This document shows, one piece after another, positions 38,617 through 48,780 of a stretch of DNA of 64,000 bases. The translations under genes and the position numbers were made by a program. How positions within the stretch are numbered: position 1 is the stretch's first letter; every line of letters starts with the position of its first letter. The DNA lies in assembly GCA_965237935.1 (NCBI GenBank), contig CBDEGW010000004.1, positions 93,340 through 157,339 on the forward strand, read 5' to 3'. The stretch is from Dehalococcoidia bacterium (GTDB taxonomy: Bacteria; Chloroflexota; Dehalococcoidia; Lucifugimonadales; CBDEGW01). The notes under the pieces are model-generated. The model worked only from the letters and a program-made list of their open reading frames with translations. It ran no database searches and had not been told where the DNA came from.

Positions 38617-39915
38617 CTAAGGTGGAGCCGGCTCCTTTTGGGGCTTGGGAGTTACCGCAAAAATCACTGCTCCTAAAATCAGCAGCGCTATACCTACCGA
38701 CCAGATGGAGGTATAGCTGCCGGTGGCGTCTTGAACGTATCCCGCTAACGGAGCCCCTAAGGCGCCAACAATCAGGGTCAACGGCATCACGATACCTCGG
38801 ATGCTGCCAAGATACTGGCGACCAAAGTAGTCGGCCCAAAGAAAGCTCTGGAGCAGGATCAGCCCTCCAATGGCCGTACCGAAGGTGGCCATCGCCAGAA
38901 ACAGCATTAGAGGCGTGTCCGCGTTGATGGTAAGGAGGACTGCTACAGCGGCCAGCAGGTAGGAGGCGGCTCCAACAAAACGCACTTGGACCCTCTCTAT
39001 AAGGAGGCCCATGGCGAAGGCGCTGGCAGCAGCGACTGCCGACTCCACACCTACAGCAAAGGCCACTAGCCGGGCGTCAAGCCCCTGATCTATGAAATGG
39101 GGAATGCGATGCAGCCCCGTGCTTGTCATCACCAGCATTACTATGGTGAAAGCGAGCACCAGCCGCCAGAAGGCGGAAGACCGGATGGCCTCTTCTAGAG
39201 TCCATGAGATCTCCAACATACCAGGCGACACCTCTGCTCTACGGGTCTCAGGCGTGGTCGTAGTAGAAGCGGTATCAGCTTGGGAGGCGCCATCGGGGGC
39301 CAGCCCCATATCCTCTGGCTGCCTTCGGACCAGCACCAGGGAGAGGGGGATGATGATGCCTGCCCCTATGCCTGCCAGGATCATCCACGCGTTTCTCCAC
39401 CCGTTGGTATCTATCAGTACCTGTGTCAGGGGCAGGAAAATCAGGCCGCCCAAGGAGTTTCCCATAACCACAAAGGCCAGGGCCCTCCCACGCCGGCGGA
39501 CAAACCATTTGGCAACAGGGACCGTCGTTAGGAGGGTAGCGGGGCCTCCAATGGCTATGACACCCATTAGGGCAAAGAGGCCCACTAGTTGCCAGGCCTG
39601 GGACACGTGGGCCACGCCGACAAGGGCGGCGCCGGTTATCGCAGCGGCCAACGCCAGAAGGACCCTGGACCCAAAGCGGTCTATCCAGCTGCCGACCAGC
39701 GGGCTTGTTACGGCGCTGGTCACGAACCGCGCAGTCAAGGCCCACCCAAAATTGGCCCGGCCTATGCCCAACTGATTCTCCATGGGCTTGATAAACAGGC
39801 CAAAGTTAAGGGTGCCCAAGGCCATGCTAAGGGCGCCTGCCGCCGCCATGACCCCTACTATGACCCAGCCATAGTAGAGATGCTTCTGGCGGCCTGTCGC
39901 TGTTTCCTCTGTCAA
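38617..39915 (-). CDS. MFS transporter (OFA-like)
   Basis: YYGWVIV, DRFGSR, ~12 TM, ADYFGRQYLG; likely TTG start after GGAGG. Confidence 0.9.
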   Translation of the reverse strand: MTEETATGRQKHLYYGWVIVGVMAAAGALSMALGTLNFGLFIKPMENQLGIGRANFGWALTARFVTSAVTSPLVGSWIDRFGSRVLLALAAAITGAALVGVAHVSQAWQLVGLFALMGVIAIGGPATLLTTVPVAKWFVRRRGRALAFVVMGNSLGGLIFLPLTQVLIDTNGWRNAWMILAGIGAGIIIPLSLVLVRRQPEDMGLAPDGASQADTASTTTTPETRRAEVSPGMLEISWTLEEAIRSSAFWRLVLAFTIVMLVMTSTGLHRIPHFIDQGLDARLVAFAVGVESAVAAASAFAMGLLIERVQVRFVGAASYLLAAVAVLLTINADTPLMLFLAMATFGTAIGGLILLQSFLWADYFGRQYLGSIRGIVMPLTLIVGALGAPLAGYVQDATGSYTSIWSVGIALLILGAVIFAVTPKPQKEPAPP

Positions 39916-40010
39916 GCTCCTCCCTCGCTGTAGCTGTGGGAGACAACGTAACTCACAACCCCCTAGTTGAGCAACTGGGGTTCGCCTGCTTATCGCCCTA
40001 TCGTGCAGTT

Positions 40011-40039
40011 TTGCGCCTTGAAATCCATGCACGTATAAT
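40011..40039 (+). promoter_or_regulatory. Sigma70-like promoter
   Basis: TTGCGC-17 bp-TATAAT upstream of a GAGGAGG RBS. Confidence 0.55.
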
Positions 40040-40078
40040 CGGCCTCCAACCGACTGTACATAACTAGAGGAGGCCGTC

Positions 40079-40199
40079 ATTACCCGCAAGCAACGAGTCC
40101 TTGGGCTTCGTGCAGTCCATCACCTGGGTGCTGCTGGGAGGGGTGATTCTGGCGGGCCTGTTTATCGGTCTGCGCCTGAGTAGCGCTTCGAGGAGGTAG
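40079..40199 (+). pseudogene. Degraded ~39-aa single-TM peptide gene (ATT start, +1 frameshift)
   Basis: RBS, ATT ACC CGC AAG CAA CGA GTC CTT GGG C, then frame FVQSITWVLLGGVILAGLFIGLRLSSASRR*. Confidence 0.4.
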
Positions 40200-40236
40200 A
40201 CATACTGCCAGGCCCCCTCCCCGACTCTCCCAGGCC

Positions 40237-40370
40237 TTGCACAAAAAGTCCAACAGCAGACGTTTTCTTTCCCGCCCACCCACCCGATATGTCTAATTCC
40301 TGAGGGGACACCCCTCAGACTCCCTGGCAGAGAACCTGGGTTCTCTGCACTCTCCTGGGTTTTTGTGCAA
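40237..40370. repeat. MITE-like structured repeat, copy 2
   Basis: Same TIRs and two internal hairpins as 33860-33984. Confidence 0.8.
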
Positions 40371-40609
40371 AGCTGACTCTCCCCAGCAAGGGGGAGAGGG
40401 GAACCCCCCTCCCCCTTCAATGTGGGAGGGTAAGGGTGGTGGCGTGCCCTGTCGGCCCAGATCGACGCTACCTGTGACCTCTCCCGGCACGCCATTGACG
40501 CCTAGGCGGTAAGAAGAGAGCTGACCTATGTAGGGATATTTGTAGGGATAATGGGGGTATAATCTATAGGAGCCCCTCAAGGCCTCCAACCAGTTCTAAG
40601 AGGAGGGTC

Positions 40610-41191
40610 ATGACTGCCAGGAGCTACCGAATCGAAGATTTTGTCCAGGACATGACGGCCTTGCTGGAGCGGGTGCCCGACCAGCAGGAGCTCTTCGACC
40701 GGGGGTCGTCGTACCTGGAGCGGCTGGTCCGGAATCCCGACTGCATTCCACCCCAGTACCTGAAGCCTATCGATAGAGGCGGTGGCAGATACCACGGCAC
40801 CTACCTTCTGCATCGCGGCGAGGATGGCCTATCGGTGACCGCCGTGGTCTGGGGGCCCGGCGACCACGCGGCGCCCCACGACCATCACACCTGGGGCATG
40901 ATCGGTGTGCTGGAGAACTCCCTGGCCGAGACGCGGTTCCGTCGCCTGGACGACCGCTCCAACCCGGAGTACGCCCGTCTGGAGAAGGACAGGGTGATGG
41001 ACAACAGGCCGGGAGAAGTTACGTTGCTTATCCCGGATGTGGACGAGATACACCAGATGGACAACTTGACGGACCGCCCCACGGTGGAGATTCACGTCTA
41101 CGGCAGAGACCTGTTGGGCCTGGAGCGGTGCCGGTTTGACCCTGAGACGGGAAGGGTGAGCTCCTTCGTTACCGCCAAGTACGATAACTAG
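40610..41191 (+). CDS. Cysteine dioxygenase-family cupin
   Basis: VWGPGDHAAPHDHHTWG, IHQMDN, VEIHVYG. Confidence 0.85.
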   Translation: MTARSYRIEDFVQDMTALLERVPDQQELFDRGSSYLERLVRNPDCIPPQYLKPIDRGGGRYHGTYLLHRGEDGLSVTAVVWGPGDHAAPHDHHTWGMIGVLENSLAETRFRRLDDRSNPEYARLEKDRVMDNRPGEVTLLIPDVDEIHQMDNLTDRPTVEIHVYGRDLLGLERCRFDPETGRVSSFVTAKYDN

Positions 41192-41234
41192 ACCTTGATG
41201 CTCGCCTCCAGGGCCACCGTCAGATCTACTTTAG

Positions 41235-42938
41235 CCCGAATCCACCGAAGGACGTCCTTGGGGACAGCCCTTGAAGAAGGCAGAGGGTGCTCCTCTGAAT
41301 CTGGGATAATGGTTTTGGAACAGAAACCCGCCCGGAAACAAGGAGCACCCAATAGATGCTGCCACAGAACAAACCCGACCGTATCCGCATCCTCTTTGAC
41401 GACCATCGCCTGGTGGCCAATGCCGGCCTGCTCCTGCCGGCCACCCTAGCCCGGCACCTGGGCCTGCGGGAACTCGTCGACCATCACCTTGACCTCGGCG
41501 GAGCGCCGGGACGGGCGAACACTGGGGACAAGATGCTGACGCTGGTCGCTTCCGCGCTGGCAGGCGGCGACTGCATCGACGACGCCGATGCGCTGCGCGC
41601 TGGTGGGACGGTCGGTGTTCTAGGCTGCGTGGTCAAGGCGCCATCCACCCTGGGGACCTTCCTGCGCAGCTTCCGGTGGGGGCATGTCCGTCAACTCGAC
41701 CGCGTGAGCCGCCAGTTGTTGGCCCGGGCCTGGGCCGCTGGGGCCGGACCCGGCGACTCGCCCCTGACCATCGACCTGGACTCGACCATCTGCGAGACCT
41801 ATGGACTGGCCAAGGAGGGAGCGCGCCACCACGGCTATACCGGCGCCCGCGGCTATCACCCACTGCTGGCCATTGCCGCCGGCACCGGCGAAGTGCTGAT
41901 GTCCCGGCTGCGCGAGGGCCGGGCCAACACCGCCCGTGGCGCCGCCCACTTCCTGCGTGAGACGGTGGGGCGGGTGCGCTACGGCGGGGCCAGGGGACAA
42001 CTCACGGTGCGGGCCGACAGCGGCTTCTACGCCCACACTGTCGTTGCCGCCTGCCGGGAAATGGATGTCCGCTTCTCTATCACCATCCGCCAGCGCGCCA
42101 GCCTGCGGGACCTGATCGAGGCGATACCAGAGGAGGACTGGACTCCCATTCCCTACTGGATGGACGGTGCCGCCGATGTCGCCGAGACGACTTACACCCC
42201 GTTCCAGACCAAGCCGGACGCCGCGCCGGTGCGGCTCATTGTCCGGCGGGTGAAGCCGACGCCCGGTTCCCAGCTCGCCCTCTTCGCCAGATACAGCTAT
42301 CACGCCTTCATCACCGACCGCGATGGGGAGACGCTGGAACTGGAGGCCGATCATCGCCGCCACACCGAGGTCGAGAACGCCATACGCGACCTCAAGTACG
42401 GCGTCGGGCTGAACCACATGCCGTCGGCGCGCTTCGCCGCCAACGGCGCCTGGCTGGCGGTCCAGGTGATGGCGCATAACCTGGCCCGCTGGACGGCGCG
42501 GATTGGTCTGGGCGAGCGGACCGTGATCACCAAGACCCTCAGGCGGCGGGTCTTCGCTCTGGTGGGACGGATCACCCGCTCGGCGCGCCGCCTCACTTTG
42601 CATCTCCCCCGGCGCTGGCCTTGGGAAACCCAGTTCAGTCGCGCCTTGGCCCGGCTGCAAGCCATTCCGTTCCCGGCCTGACGGCCAGCCTGCAACTGAC
42701 CCAACGTCCCCGCAATCTCGCGCCACCCCGGTCGCGAGAGTCCCCTGCTGCGTATCCTCTCGCCATCCCGCGCATCGCAACTCCCGCATAGGGCCTTAGG
42801 GGCCCTGTGCGGCGACTGAAGACCGTCCGCCGGCCTCCCATCTACCCCAAGACCCCAGGCCATCTCCCCTGTAGCTCCCTCACCCACCCCCTTCCGCTGT
42901 CCTCACGCCGTCCATCGGTGTCCTTCGGTGGATTCGGG
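41235..42938 (+). mobile_element. IS1380-family element (1704 bp)
   Basis: Perfect 19-bp IRs CCCGAATCCACCGAAGGAC (41235-53 / 42920-38); 5-bp TSD TTTAG (41230-34 / 42939-43). Confidence 0.92.
41356..42681 (+). CDS. IS1380 DDE transposase
   Basis: LTIDLDST, GYHPLL, VRADSGF, ENAIRDLK. Confidence 0.95.
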   Translation: MLPQNKPDRIRILFDDHRLVANAGLLLPATLARHLGLRELVDHHLDLGGAPGRANTGDKMLTLVASALAGGDCIDDADALRAGGTVGVLGCVVKAPSTLGTFLRSFRWGHVRQLDRVSRQLLARAWAAGAGPGDSPLTIDLDSTICETYGLAKEGARHHGYTGARGYHPLLAIAAGTGEVLMSRLREGRANTARGAAHFLRETVGRVRYGGARGQLTVRADSGFYAHTVVAACREMDVRFSITIRQRASLRDLIEAIPEEDWTPIPYWMDGAADVAETTYTPFQTKPDAAPVRLIVRRVKPTPGSQLALFARYSYHAFITDRDGETLELEADHRRHTEVENAIRDLKYGVGLNHMPSARFAANGAWLAVQVMAHNLARWTARIGLGERTVITKTLRRRVFALVGRITRSARRLTLHLPRRWPWETQFSRALARLQAIPFPA

Positions 42939-43007
42939 TTTAGCCATAGTCCGCCTCTGCTTCCAGGACTACTACTCAGTTGCGTAAGTTCGCTCGGACA
43001 AGGTTAG

Positions 43008-43064
43008 CCCTTCCTGTACAGGAAGGGCCGCTCGTGGTTCGAGCAGGCTCGAACCACGAGCGGC
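43008..43064. repeat. Back-to-back palindromes (REP-like/terminator)
   Basis: 20-bp perfect palindrome CCCTTCCTGTACAGGAAGGG and an 18-bp-stem hairpin GCCGCTCGTGGTTCGAGC-AG-GCTCGAACCACGAGCGGC. Confidence 0.75.
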
Positions 43065-43095
43065 TTTTCATGCCACGCTTTTTCGCAAGGAAATA

Positions 43096-44088
43096 CTAGA
43101 CCCCCAACCGGGGGAAAACAACTCGCCGAAAGGCATCTATCTCCCGCTCCGGCATCTGGTATCCTCCCGCTATCGTGTGAGAGGGGAAGATGAAGACGTG
43201 GTCTACCCCCGCCTCCTCTGCTGCTCTCTGCAGGCGCTCCGCACACTCCTCAGGGGAGCCGAAGAGGCCAAAGGCGTCACAGATTTGCCTGGCCAGGGTG
43301 TCCGAGACCTGCTCTGGAAGGACATCGTCCGGCAGGTCTATCCCGGCCTCCCGCAGCCAGATGAGGTTGGAGTTGCTGGGGTAGGTGAGGAAGGGGAGGC
43401 CCGGCCCCAGCCATCGCTGGGGCCATCGCCAGGCCTCTTCGCCCTCATCGTTAAGGCCCAGGGGGGTGATGAAGATAACGGGGAAATCCCTCAGGTCACG
43501 TCCGGCTCGGCGAGCTCCAACCTCAAGTCGCTGGCGGGCTGCGGCCACAGCCTTGGCGTCCAGCCCAACCAGCAGCATGGCGCCGTCGGCAACCTCCCCC
43601 GCCAGCTCAATCATCCGAGGCCCGGCGGCGGTTATGAACACCGGAGTGGGAGGGTTTGTAAGATTGTGCAAGCGCGACTCGATGCGGTCAAAGGTAAGGC
43701 TTTCGCCTGCCAGCAGCCGCCGGATCGTGGTGATGGCCTCTCGCATGGCCTCGACTGTGGCCCTGGGGCGACCGATGTTGCCCACCGAGAGGAATCCTGG
43801 ACCCACGGAGATGCGTATTCGTCCGGGGGCGATCTCCTCCAGGGTATGTGCCAGAGAGGCCAATACCATGGGGTGTCTGGTCACGGGATTGGTAGTGACT
43901 GGGTAAAGCTCCAGGCGGGAGGTCCGCTCTGCCGCCAGCGCCAGAGTGACGTACACGTCCCGGCCGCTATGTTGATGGTCGTGGACGCCCACGCCGGAGA
44001 AACCCGCCTCCTCGCATCGCTGAATGAAGGCCGCCGTCTCGGGCACCGGCAGGCCCACGGGCACTCGGATGTCCACCTTAAGGGGCAT
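43096..44088 (-). CDS. LLM-class (probably F420-dependent) oxidoreductase
   Basis: TTNPVTRHPMVLAS, AAGPRMIELAGEVADG. Confidence 0.9.
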   Translation of the reverse strand: MPLKVDIRVPVGLPVPETAAFIQRCEEAGFSGVGVHDHQHSGRDVYVTLALAAERTSRLELYPVTTNPVTRHPMVLASLAHTLEEIAPGRIRISVGPGFLSVGNIGRPRATVEAMREAITTIRRLLAGESLTFDRIESRLHNLTNPPTPVFITAAGPRMIELAGEVADGAMLLVGLDAKAVAAARQRLEVGARRAGRDLRDFPVIFITPLGLNDEGEEAWRWPQRWLGPGLPFLTYPSNSNLIWLREAGIDLPDDVLPEQVSDTLARQICDAFGLFGSPEECAERLQRAAEEAGVDHVFIFPSHTIAGGYQMPEREIDAFRRVVFPRLGV

Positions 44089-44239
44089 GCTTTATTATTC
44101 TCCTACCTCAGTCTATCTCCGGGAAACGCGATGCCCGCCAATTCTAGCACAAGGCTGCTGTACCCCCTATCATATGTATATATCAAATCTGTAAAATAGA
44201 CTGGTAACTCAGGTCACCGTGCGAAGGAGAGGATAGGAG

Positions 44240-44659
44240 ATGCTTTCAGGGGAAGTCCAATCGTTCCTTAAGGAAAACCATCGAGGGGTGCTAACCACCT
44301 TTCGCAAGAACGGCGCCGGTCAGATGAGCGTCGTTAGCTGTGGCCTGCACGGGGATGGCGTCGCTTTCACCACTCCAGGCAACAGGGCTAAGCTGATGAA
44401 TCTGAAGAGGGACCCGCGCTGTACGTTGCTGGTGTCCCAGCCGGACTGGTGGGGCTACGTGGTACTGGAGGGCTCCGCGCGGTTGATGTCCCCTGAGAGC
44501 ACGGATGCCGAGGAGCTACGGCTGGCCCTTCGCGACGTATATAAGGCCGCCGGCGGCGGAGAGCACCCTGACTGGGAGGAGTACGACCAGGCCATGCGGG
44601 ACGATCGCCGCTCTGCGGTCACGGTAGTGCCGGAACGCGTCTACGGCACAAGAGTATAA
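44240..44659 (+). CDS. PPOX-class F420-dependent oxidoreductase
   Basis: GVLTTFRKNG, AKLMNLKRDPRCTL, YVVLEG. Confidence 0.88.
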   Translation: MLSGEVQSFLKENHRGVLTTFRKNGAGQMSVVSCGLHGDGVAFTTPGNRAKLMNLKRDPRCTLLVSQPDWWGYVVLEGSARLMSPESTDAEELRLALRDVYKAAGGGEHPDWEEYDQAMRDDRRSAVTVVPERVYGTRV

Positions 44660-44740
44660 TTGAAAGCGTATAACCCCGCTATGACTGGCTAGGTCGCTAA
44701 TCCTTGCGCATCTAGCTAGCGTACGAAGTTTGGAGGATAC

Positions 44741-46576
44741 GTGGGATATCAACCTATAGAAGACTACGGAATCATAGGAGATATGCACACGGCGGCCCTG
44801 GTGGGAAAGAACGGCTCCATCGACTGGCTGTGCTTCCCCCACTTTAACTCTCCCAGCGTATTTGGGGCCATTCTGGACGAGAATAAAGGTGGCCACTTTA
44901 AGATCGCTCCCGTCGGAAGTGGGATCAATCACAAGCAGCTCTACTGGCCCGAGACCAACGTCCTGGTCACTCGTTTCCTCTCACCGGATGGTGTGGGGGA
45001 GGTCACGGACTTTATGCCCGTGGGCGCTCCTGCAGGGGGGCATGGATATCATCAGCTCCTCCGTCGAGTGAACGTGGTCCGGGGGGCCATGGCCTTTCGC
45101 ATGGAGTGTCATCCAGCCTTCAACTACGCCCAGGACCCCCATGAGACGAATATCACCCCCAATGGGGCGTGCTTCTATTCCAAGGACCTGAGTCTGGGGC
45201 TGGAGTCGAGCATCCCGCTGGAGCCCTCCGACAACGGAGCCGTCGCGGAGTTCACCCTGAACGAAGGGCAAGCCGCAGTCTTCGTGGTGGGAGAAATCGA
45301 GCGAGGCGCCGCCTGCGGTGTGCCCCCTTCCGAGAAGGAGGCCAGGGACCTCTTTGAGAAGACCGTGGACTTCTGGCGTCGCTGGCTCTCCAAGTGTACC
45401 TACCGGGGTAGGTGGCGAGAGATGGTCCAGCGCTCGGCCCTGGTGCTGAAGCTTCTCACGTATGAGCCGACGGGCGCCATTGTGGCGTCTCCGACCTGTA
45501 GCCTGCCGGAGCACATGGGAGGCCAGCGCAACTGGGACTACCGGCACACCTGGATCCGGGACGCCGCCTTCACTCTGTACGCCCTTCTGCGAATCGGCTT
45601 CACTGACGAGGCGGCCCACTTCATGAACTGGATTGAGGCTCGCAGCCACGAGCCCCGGCCCGACGGGTCCCTTCAGATAATGTACGGTATAGACGGCCGA
45701 CATGACCTCACTGAGACTGTCCTGGAACATCTGGAGGGCTATAGGGGCTCCCGCCCCGTTCGCATCGGCAATGGCGCCGCCGACCAGATGCAGCTTGACA
45801 TCTACGGCGAGCTGATGGACTCAGTGTACCTCTACAACAAGTACGGCACGCCCATCTCTTACGAGCTCTGGACCCACCTGCGAAGGCTGGTTGACTGGGT
45901 CTGCGAAAATTGGCGACAGAAGGACCACGGAATCTGGGAGATCCGCGGCGGACCGCAACAGTTTGTGTACTCAAAAGTCATGTGTTGGGTCGCGGTAGAC
46001 CGCGCCCTTCGACTGGCCGAGAAGCGGTCCTTCCCAGCCGACCGCGATAAGTGGCTTAAGGTCCGCGACCAGATATACGAAGAGATAATGGCACAGGGGT
46101 GGAATTCCACGCGACAGGCCTTCGTTCAGGCCTTCGGTAGCGATACTCTGGATGCCTCTAGCCTGATTATGCCCCTGGTGTTCTTCCTTTCGCCCACGGA
46201 TCCACGTATGCTCAAGACCCTGGATGCCATCATGCAGTCTCCCAAAGATGGAGGCCTGCTCTCCAACAGCCTGGTATACCGCTATAACCTGCGAGAGTAT
46301 GAGGACGGCCTGGAGGGAAGCGAGGGCACCTTTAACATCTGTACCTTCTGGCTGGTGGAGGCGATGACCCGGGCTGGCCGGGTCCATCGGGAGCGCCTGG
46401 ATGAGGCCAGGCTCATCTTTGAGCAGATGCTGGGCTACGCCAACCACCTGGGTTTGTACGCGGAGCAGACGGGCCACAGCGGCGAAGCCCTGGGCAACTT
46501 CCCTCTAGCGCTAACCCACCTGGCGCTGATCAGCGCCGCCTTTAACCTGGACAGGGCCCTTGGAACTGGTAACTAA
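44741..46576 (+). CDS. Glycoside hydrolase family 15 (glucoamylase/trehalase-like)
   Basis: [47 protein letters not shown]. Confidence 0.93.
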   Translation: MGYQPIEDYGIIGDMHTAALVGKNGSIDWLCFPHFNSPSVFGAILDENKGGHFKIAPVGSGINHKQLYWPETNVLVTRFLSPDGVGEVTDFMPVGAPAGGHGYHQLLRRVNVVRGAMAFRMECHPAFNYAQDPHETNITPNGACFYSKDLSLGLESSIPLEPSDNGAVAEFTLNEGQAAVFVVGEIERGAACGVPPSEKEARDLFEKTVDFWRRWLSKCTYRGRWREMVQRSALVLKLLTYEPTGAIVASPTCSLPEHMGGQRNWDYRHTWIRDAAFTLYALLRIGFTDEAAHFMNWIEARSHEPRPDGSLQIMYGIDGRHDLTETVLEHLEGYRGSRPVRIGNGAADQMQLDIYGELMDSVYLYNKYGTPISYELWTHLRRLVDWVCENWRQKDHGIWEIRGGPQQFVYSKVMCWVAVDRALRLAEKRSFPADRDKWLKVRDQIYEEIMAQGWNSTRQAFVQAFGSDTLDASSLIMPLVFFLSPTDPRMLKTLDAIMQSPKDGGLLSNSLVYRYNLREYEDGLEGSEGTFNICTFWLVEAMTRAGRVHRERLDEARLIFEQMLGYANHLGLYAEQTGHSGEALGNFPLALTHLALISAAFNLDRALGTGN

Positions 46577-46586
46577 CGGGAGGCCC

Positions 46587-47963
46587 TTAGGAAGCGTCAT
46601 CATCCATGCCCATTGATAGCTGTTTGGGTTCCGAGGCTTCCTTCAGGGACACATATATCCGGTACGAGGCTTCATCTTTGGAGGGATCGTCACGCTTCTC
46701 CAGCCTAGCCTCAGCGACCTCGGGAATCTCCTCCAGGATCTCAATCATGGGGAAAGGTCTGCGCAAGGCCAGTGATATAGACGCTCCCTCTTCCCAGGAG
46801 CCAATGCTCTGAGTGACCTCCCCCCCGACAACTTGCTCCAGCCGTCGGTAAAAAGCTATCAATCGGCCGGCCTCCACGGGAGGGGCAATGAATAGCTCTA
46901 GCTCTGTCCGCTCGCTTAGGTCTGCCGCGCCGCCAAGGGCTCCCGATTCCTGTGGTAGGCCCATGAGGGAGTCGTCCAGGGGAACAGCTTGCGTCTCCTC
47001 CTGGGGCATCACCTCACCTACCTCAAGCTCTTGTGGCTGAGCGCTCCAGGTTTCGATGTCCGCAGCCGGCAGCGAGCCGGATGCGGCAGGCCACGACTGA
47101 CTTTGGACCAATATCTCTGGCCTTCCCTCCTGCTCTTGGTAGTCCTGGTTTGACTGCCCAGGGGCTTCATCAAGTGCTGGGGTAGAGCCGGGGGTAATAT
47201 CTGGCGGCTGGCCAGGCAGCGGGTAGACGCCGTTGGCCCCTATAGCGGAATGCCCTGTGCGGGGTGTATAGCCGTTGGGCTGAATATTCCCCCGCTGTTC
47301 GATGATATTCACCGACGCCTGGGGTGTAACGGGAGGAGTTGGCAAAGGACCCGGAGGTTCCAGGGATTCTGCCTCCAGCATTCCAACCTCCCCCACGATA
47401 GGGGTGGTGGAGAGGTCTGGTTCATCCTGAGTGGCTCGGGGCTGGGTATTCTCTGCTGGTTCGCCAGTGGAGGCCTTCGGCTCATCGGAGGGCTCTGGGT
47501 TCTCCGAGGGTGTGACTCTTATCATTTTCCTGAGCTGGGCCAGGGCCTGTTCGACAACGTAGGGGGTTTGCAGCAACCCGCCGCCCACCACCGTTTCGCC
47601 CTGGAAGACTCGTCGTATGGCGCTCACCAGTTCAGGCTGCTTCACATCCTTGATCAAGTAACCGGATGCCCCCATCTCCAGGGCCTGGCCCATATACTCC
47701 TCATACAGGCTAAGCATTATGACCTCGCCTGGGATCTGGCGCTCTTTTAGCCGGCGAGTGGCCTCCAGCCCGTTGATGTTGGGCATCTTGATATCCATCA
47801 GGATGATGTCTGGGGAGAACTGAGGCACCTGGGCGAGGGCCTCCTCAGCGTCGGAGGCCTCGCCAACCACCTCCAGGCCTGGGTCCAGCTCCAACATGCG
47901 CCGAAGGCCATGGCGAGCCATTTCATGATCATCCACCAAAAACACTCGGATTGCTCGTGGCAT
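46587..47963 (-). CDS. NarL-type receiver domain + long disordered linker + small C-terminal domain
   Basis: LVDDH, LMDIKMP, GYLIKD; residues ~150-370 are P/E/Q-rich; no LuxR HTH. Confidence 0.8.
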   Translation of the reverse strand: MPRAIRVFLVDDHEMARHGLRRMLELDPGLEVVGEASDAEEALAQVPQFSPDIILMDIKMPNINGLEATRRLKERQIPGEVIMLSLYEEYMGQALEMGASGYLIKDVKQPELVSAIRRVFQGETVVGGGLLQTPYVVEQALAQLRKMIRVTPSENPEPSDEPKASTGEPAENTQPRATQDEPDLSTTPIVGEVGMLEAESLEPPGPLPTPPVTPQASVNIIEQRGNIQPNGYTPRTGHSAIGANGVYPLPGQPPDITPGSTPALDEAPGQSNQDYQEQEGRPEILVQSQSWPAASGSLPAADIETWSAQPQELEVGEVMPQEETQAVPLDDSLMGLPQESGALGGAADLSERTELELFIAPPVEAGRLIAFYRRLEQVVGGEVTQSIGSWEEGASISLALRRPFPMIEILEEIPEVAEARLEKRDDPSKDEASYRIYVSLKEASEPKQLSMGMDDDAS

Positions 47964-48162
47964 TCCCTTACCCTCTTATGATGAACTGGTAGTGGCTAAC
48001 TTCTCCTGATAAGGACCCCGGTTAACCATACCGTTTGCGACCTACCATACAGATTTTGGGCAATTGCTTAAACTGGTAAAGAGGCCAATACAGAGGCACA
48101 AAGAGACCAGGATGTGGCCTTAAGGGGCAATTCCCACAGGAGGATGGAGCGGCTGGACCTGG

Positions 48163-48780
48163 CTAGATCAGGTTTCTTCGGATGGCTTCTGCCACCGCTT
48201 CAGAGCGATTGTGCACGCCCATCTTCTCCAGGACGTCTCGAATGGTCCTCTTAACCGTGGTTTCGCTGAAGGAGAGCTGTCGGGCGATCTCATGGGTGGT
48301 GACCCCTTTGGCTACCAGGCGCAGGGTGTCCTGTTCTCGCTCGGAAAGGGAGGAAGCGCCGCCCGATGCCAAAGACTCCAGACGGTCTCGCTGCATCGAG
48401 AGGTGTAATGGAGAGCGCCCCTCGCGGATTGAGTGAATGGCGCTTACCAGCTCCTCTCGCCGGATGTCTTTAAGGAGATAGCCCACGGCTCCTGCCTGGA
48501 GGGCGGGCGCAAAATACTCATCGTACATAGTCAGTACCAGGACCTCGCATCCGGGCTGCTCCTGCTTCACCCGGCGGGTAAACTCGATGCCATCCATTGT
48601 CGGCATCTGAATGTCGGTAATGACTATATCAGGAGTCAACTCCTCTAGCTGTTCAAGGGCCTCCTGTCCATTGGAGGCCTCGCCCACTACTCGCAGATCG
48701 GGTTCCAGCTCCAGCATTCGCCGGAGCCCGGCCCTGACGATCTGGTGGTCCTCTACTAGAAAGATGCGAATGGTGTCCAT
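48163..48780 (-). CDS. NarL/LuxR-family response regulator
   Basis: LVEDH, ITDIQMP, LSEREQDTL...FSETTVK. Confidence 0.95.
   Translation of the reverse strand: MDTIRIFLVEDHQIVRAGLRRMLELEPDLRVVGEASNGQEALEQLEELTPDIVITDIQMPTMDGIEFTRRVKQEQPGCEVLVLTMYDEYFAPALQAGAVGYLLKDIRREELVSAIHSIREGRSPLHLSMQRDRLESLASGGASSLSEREQDTLRLVAKGVTTHEIARQLSFSETTVKRTIRDVLEKMGVHNRSEAVAEAIRRNLI

Noticed and set aside
39916-40089. N-terminal extension of the MFS ORF to 40089
   Set aside because: RBS-preceded TTG at 39915 fits better; the extension overlaps a divergent promoter
41620-42789. 389-aa minus-strand ORF over the IS1380
   Set aside because: Antisense shadow of a high-GC transposase
43177-44199. 340-aa plus-strand ORF
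   Set aside because: Antisense to the LLM gene, no motifs
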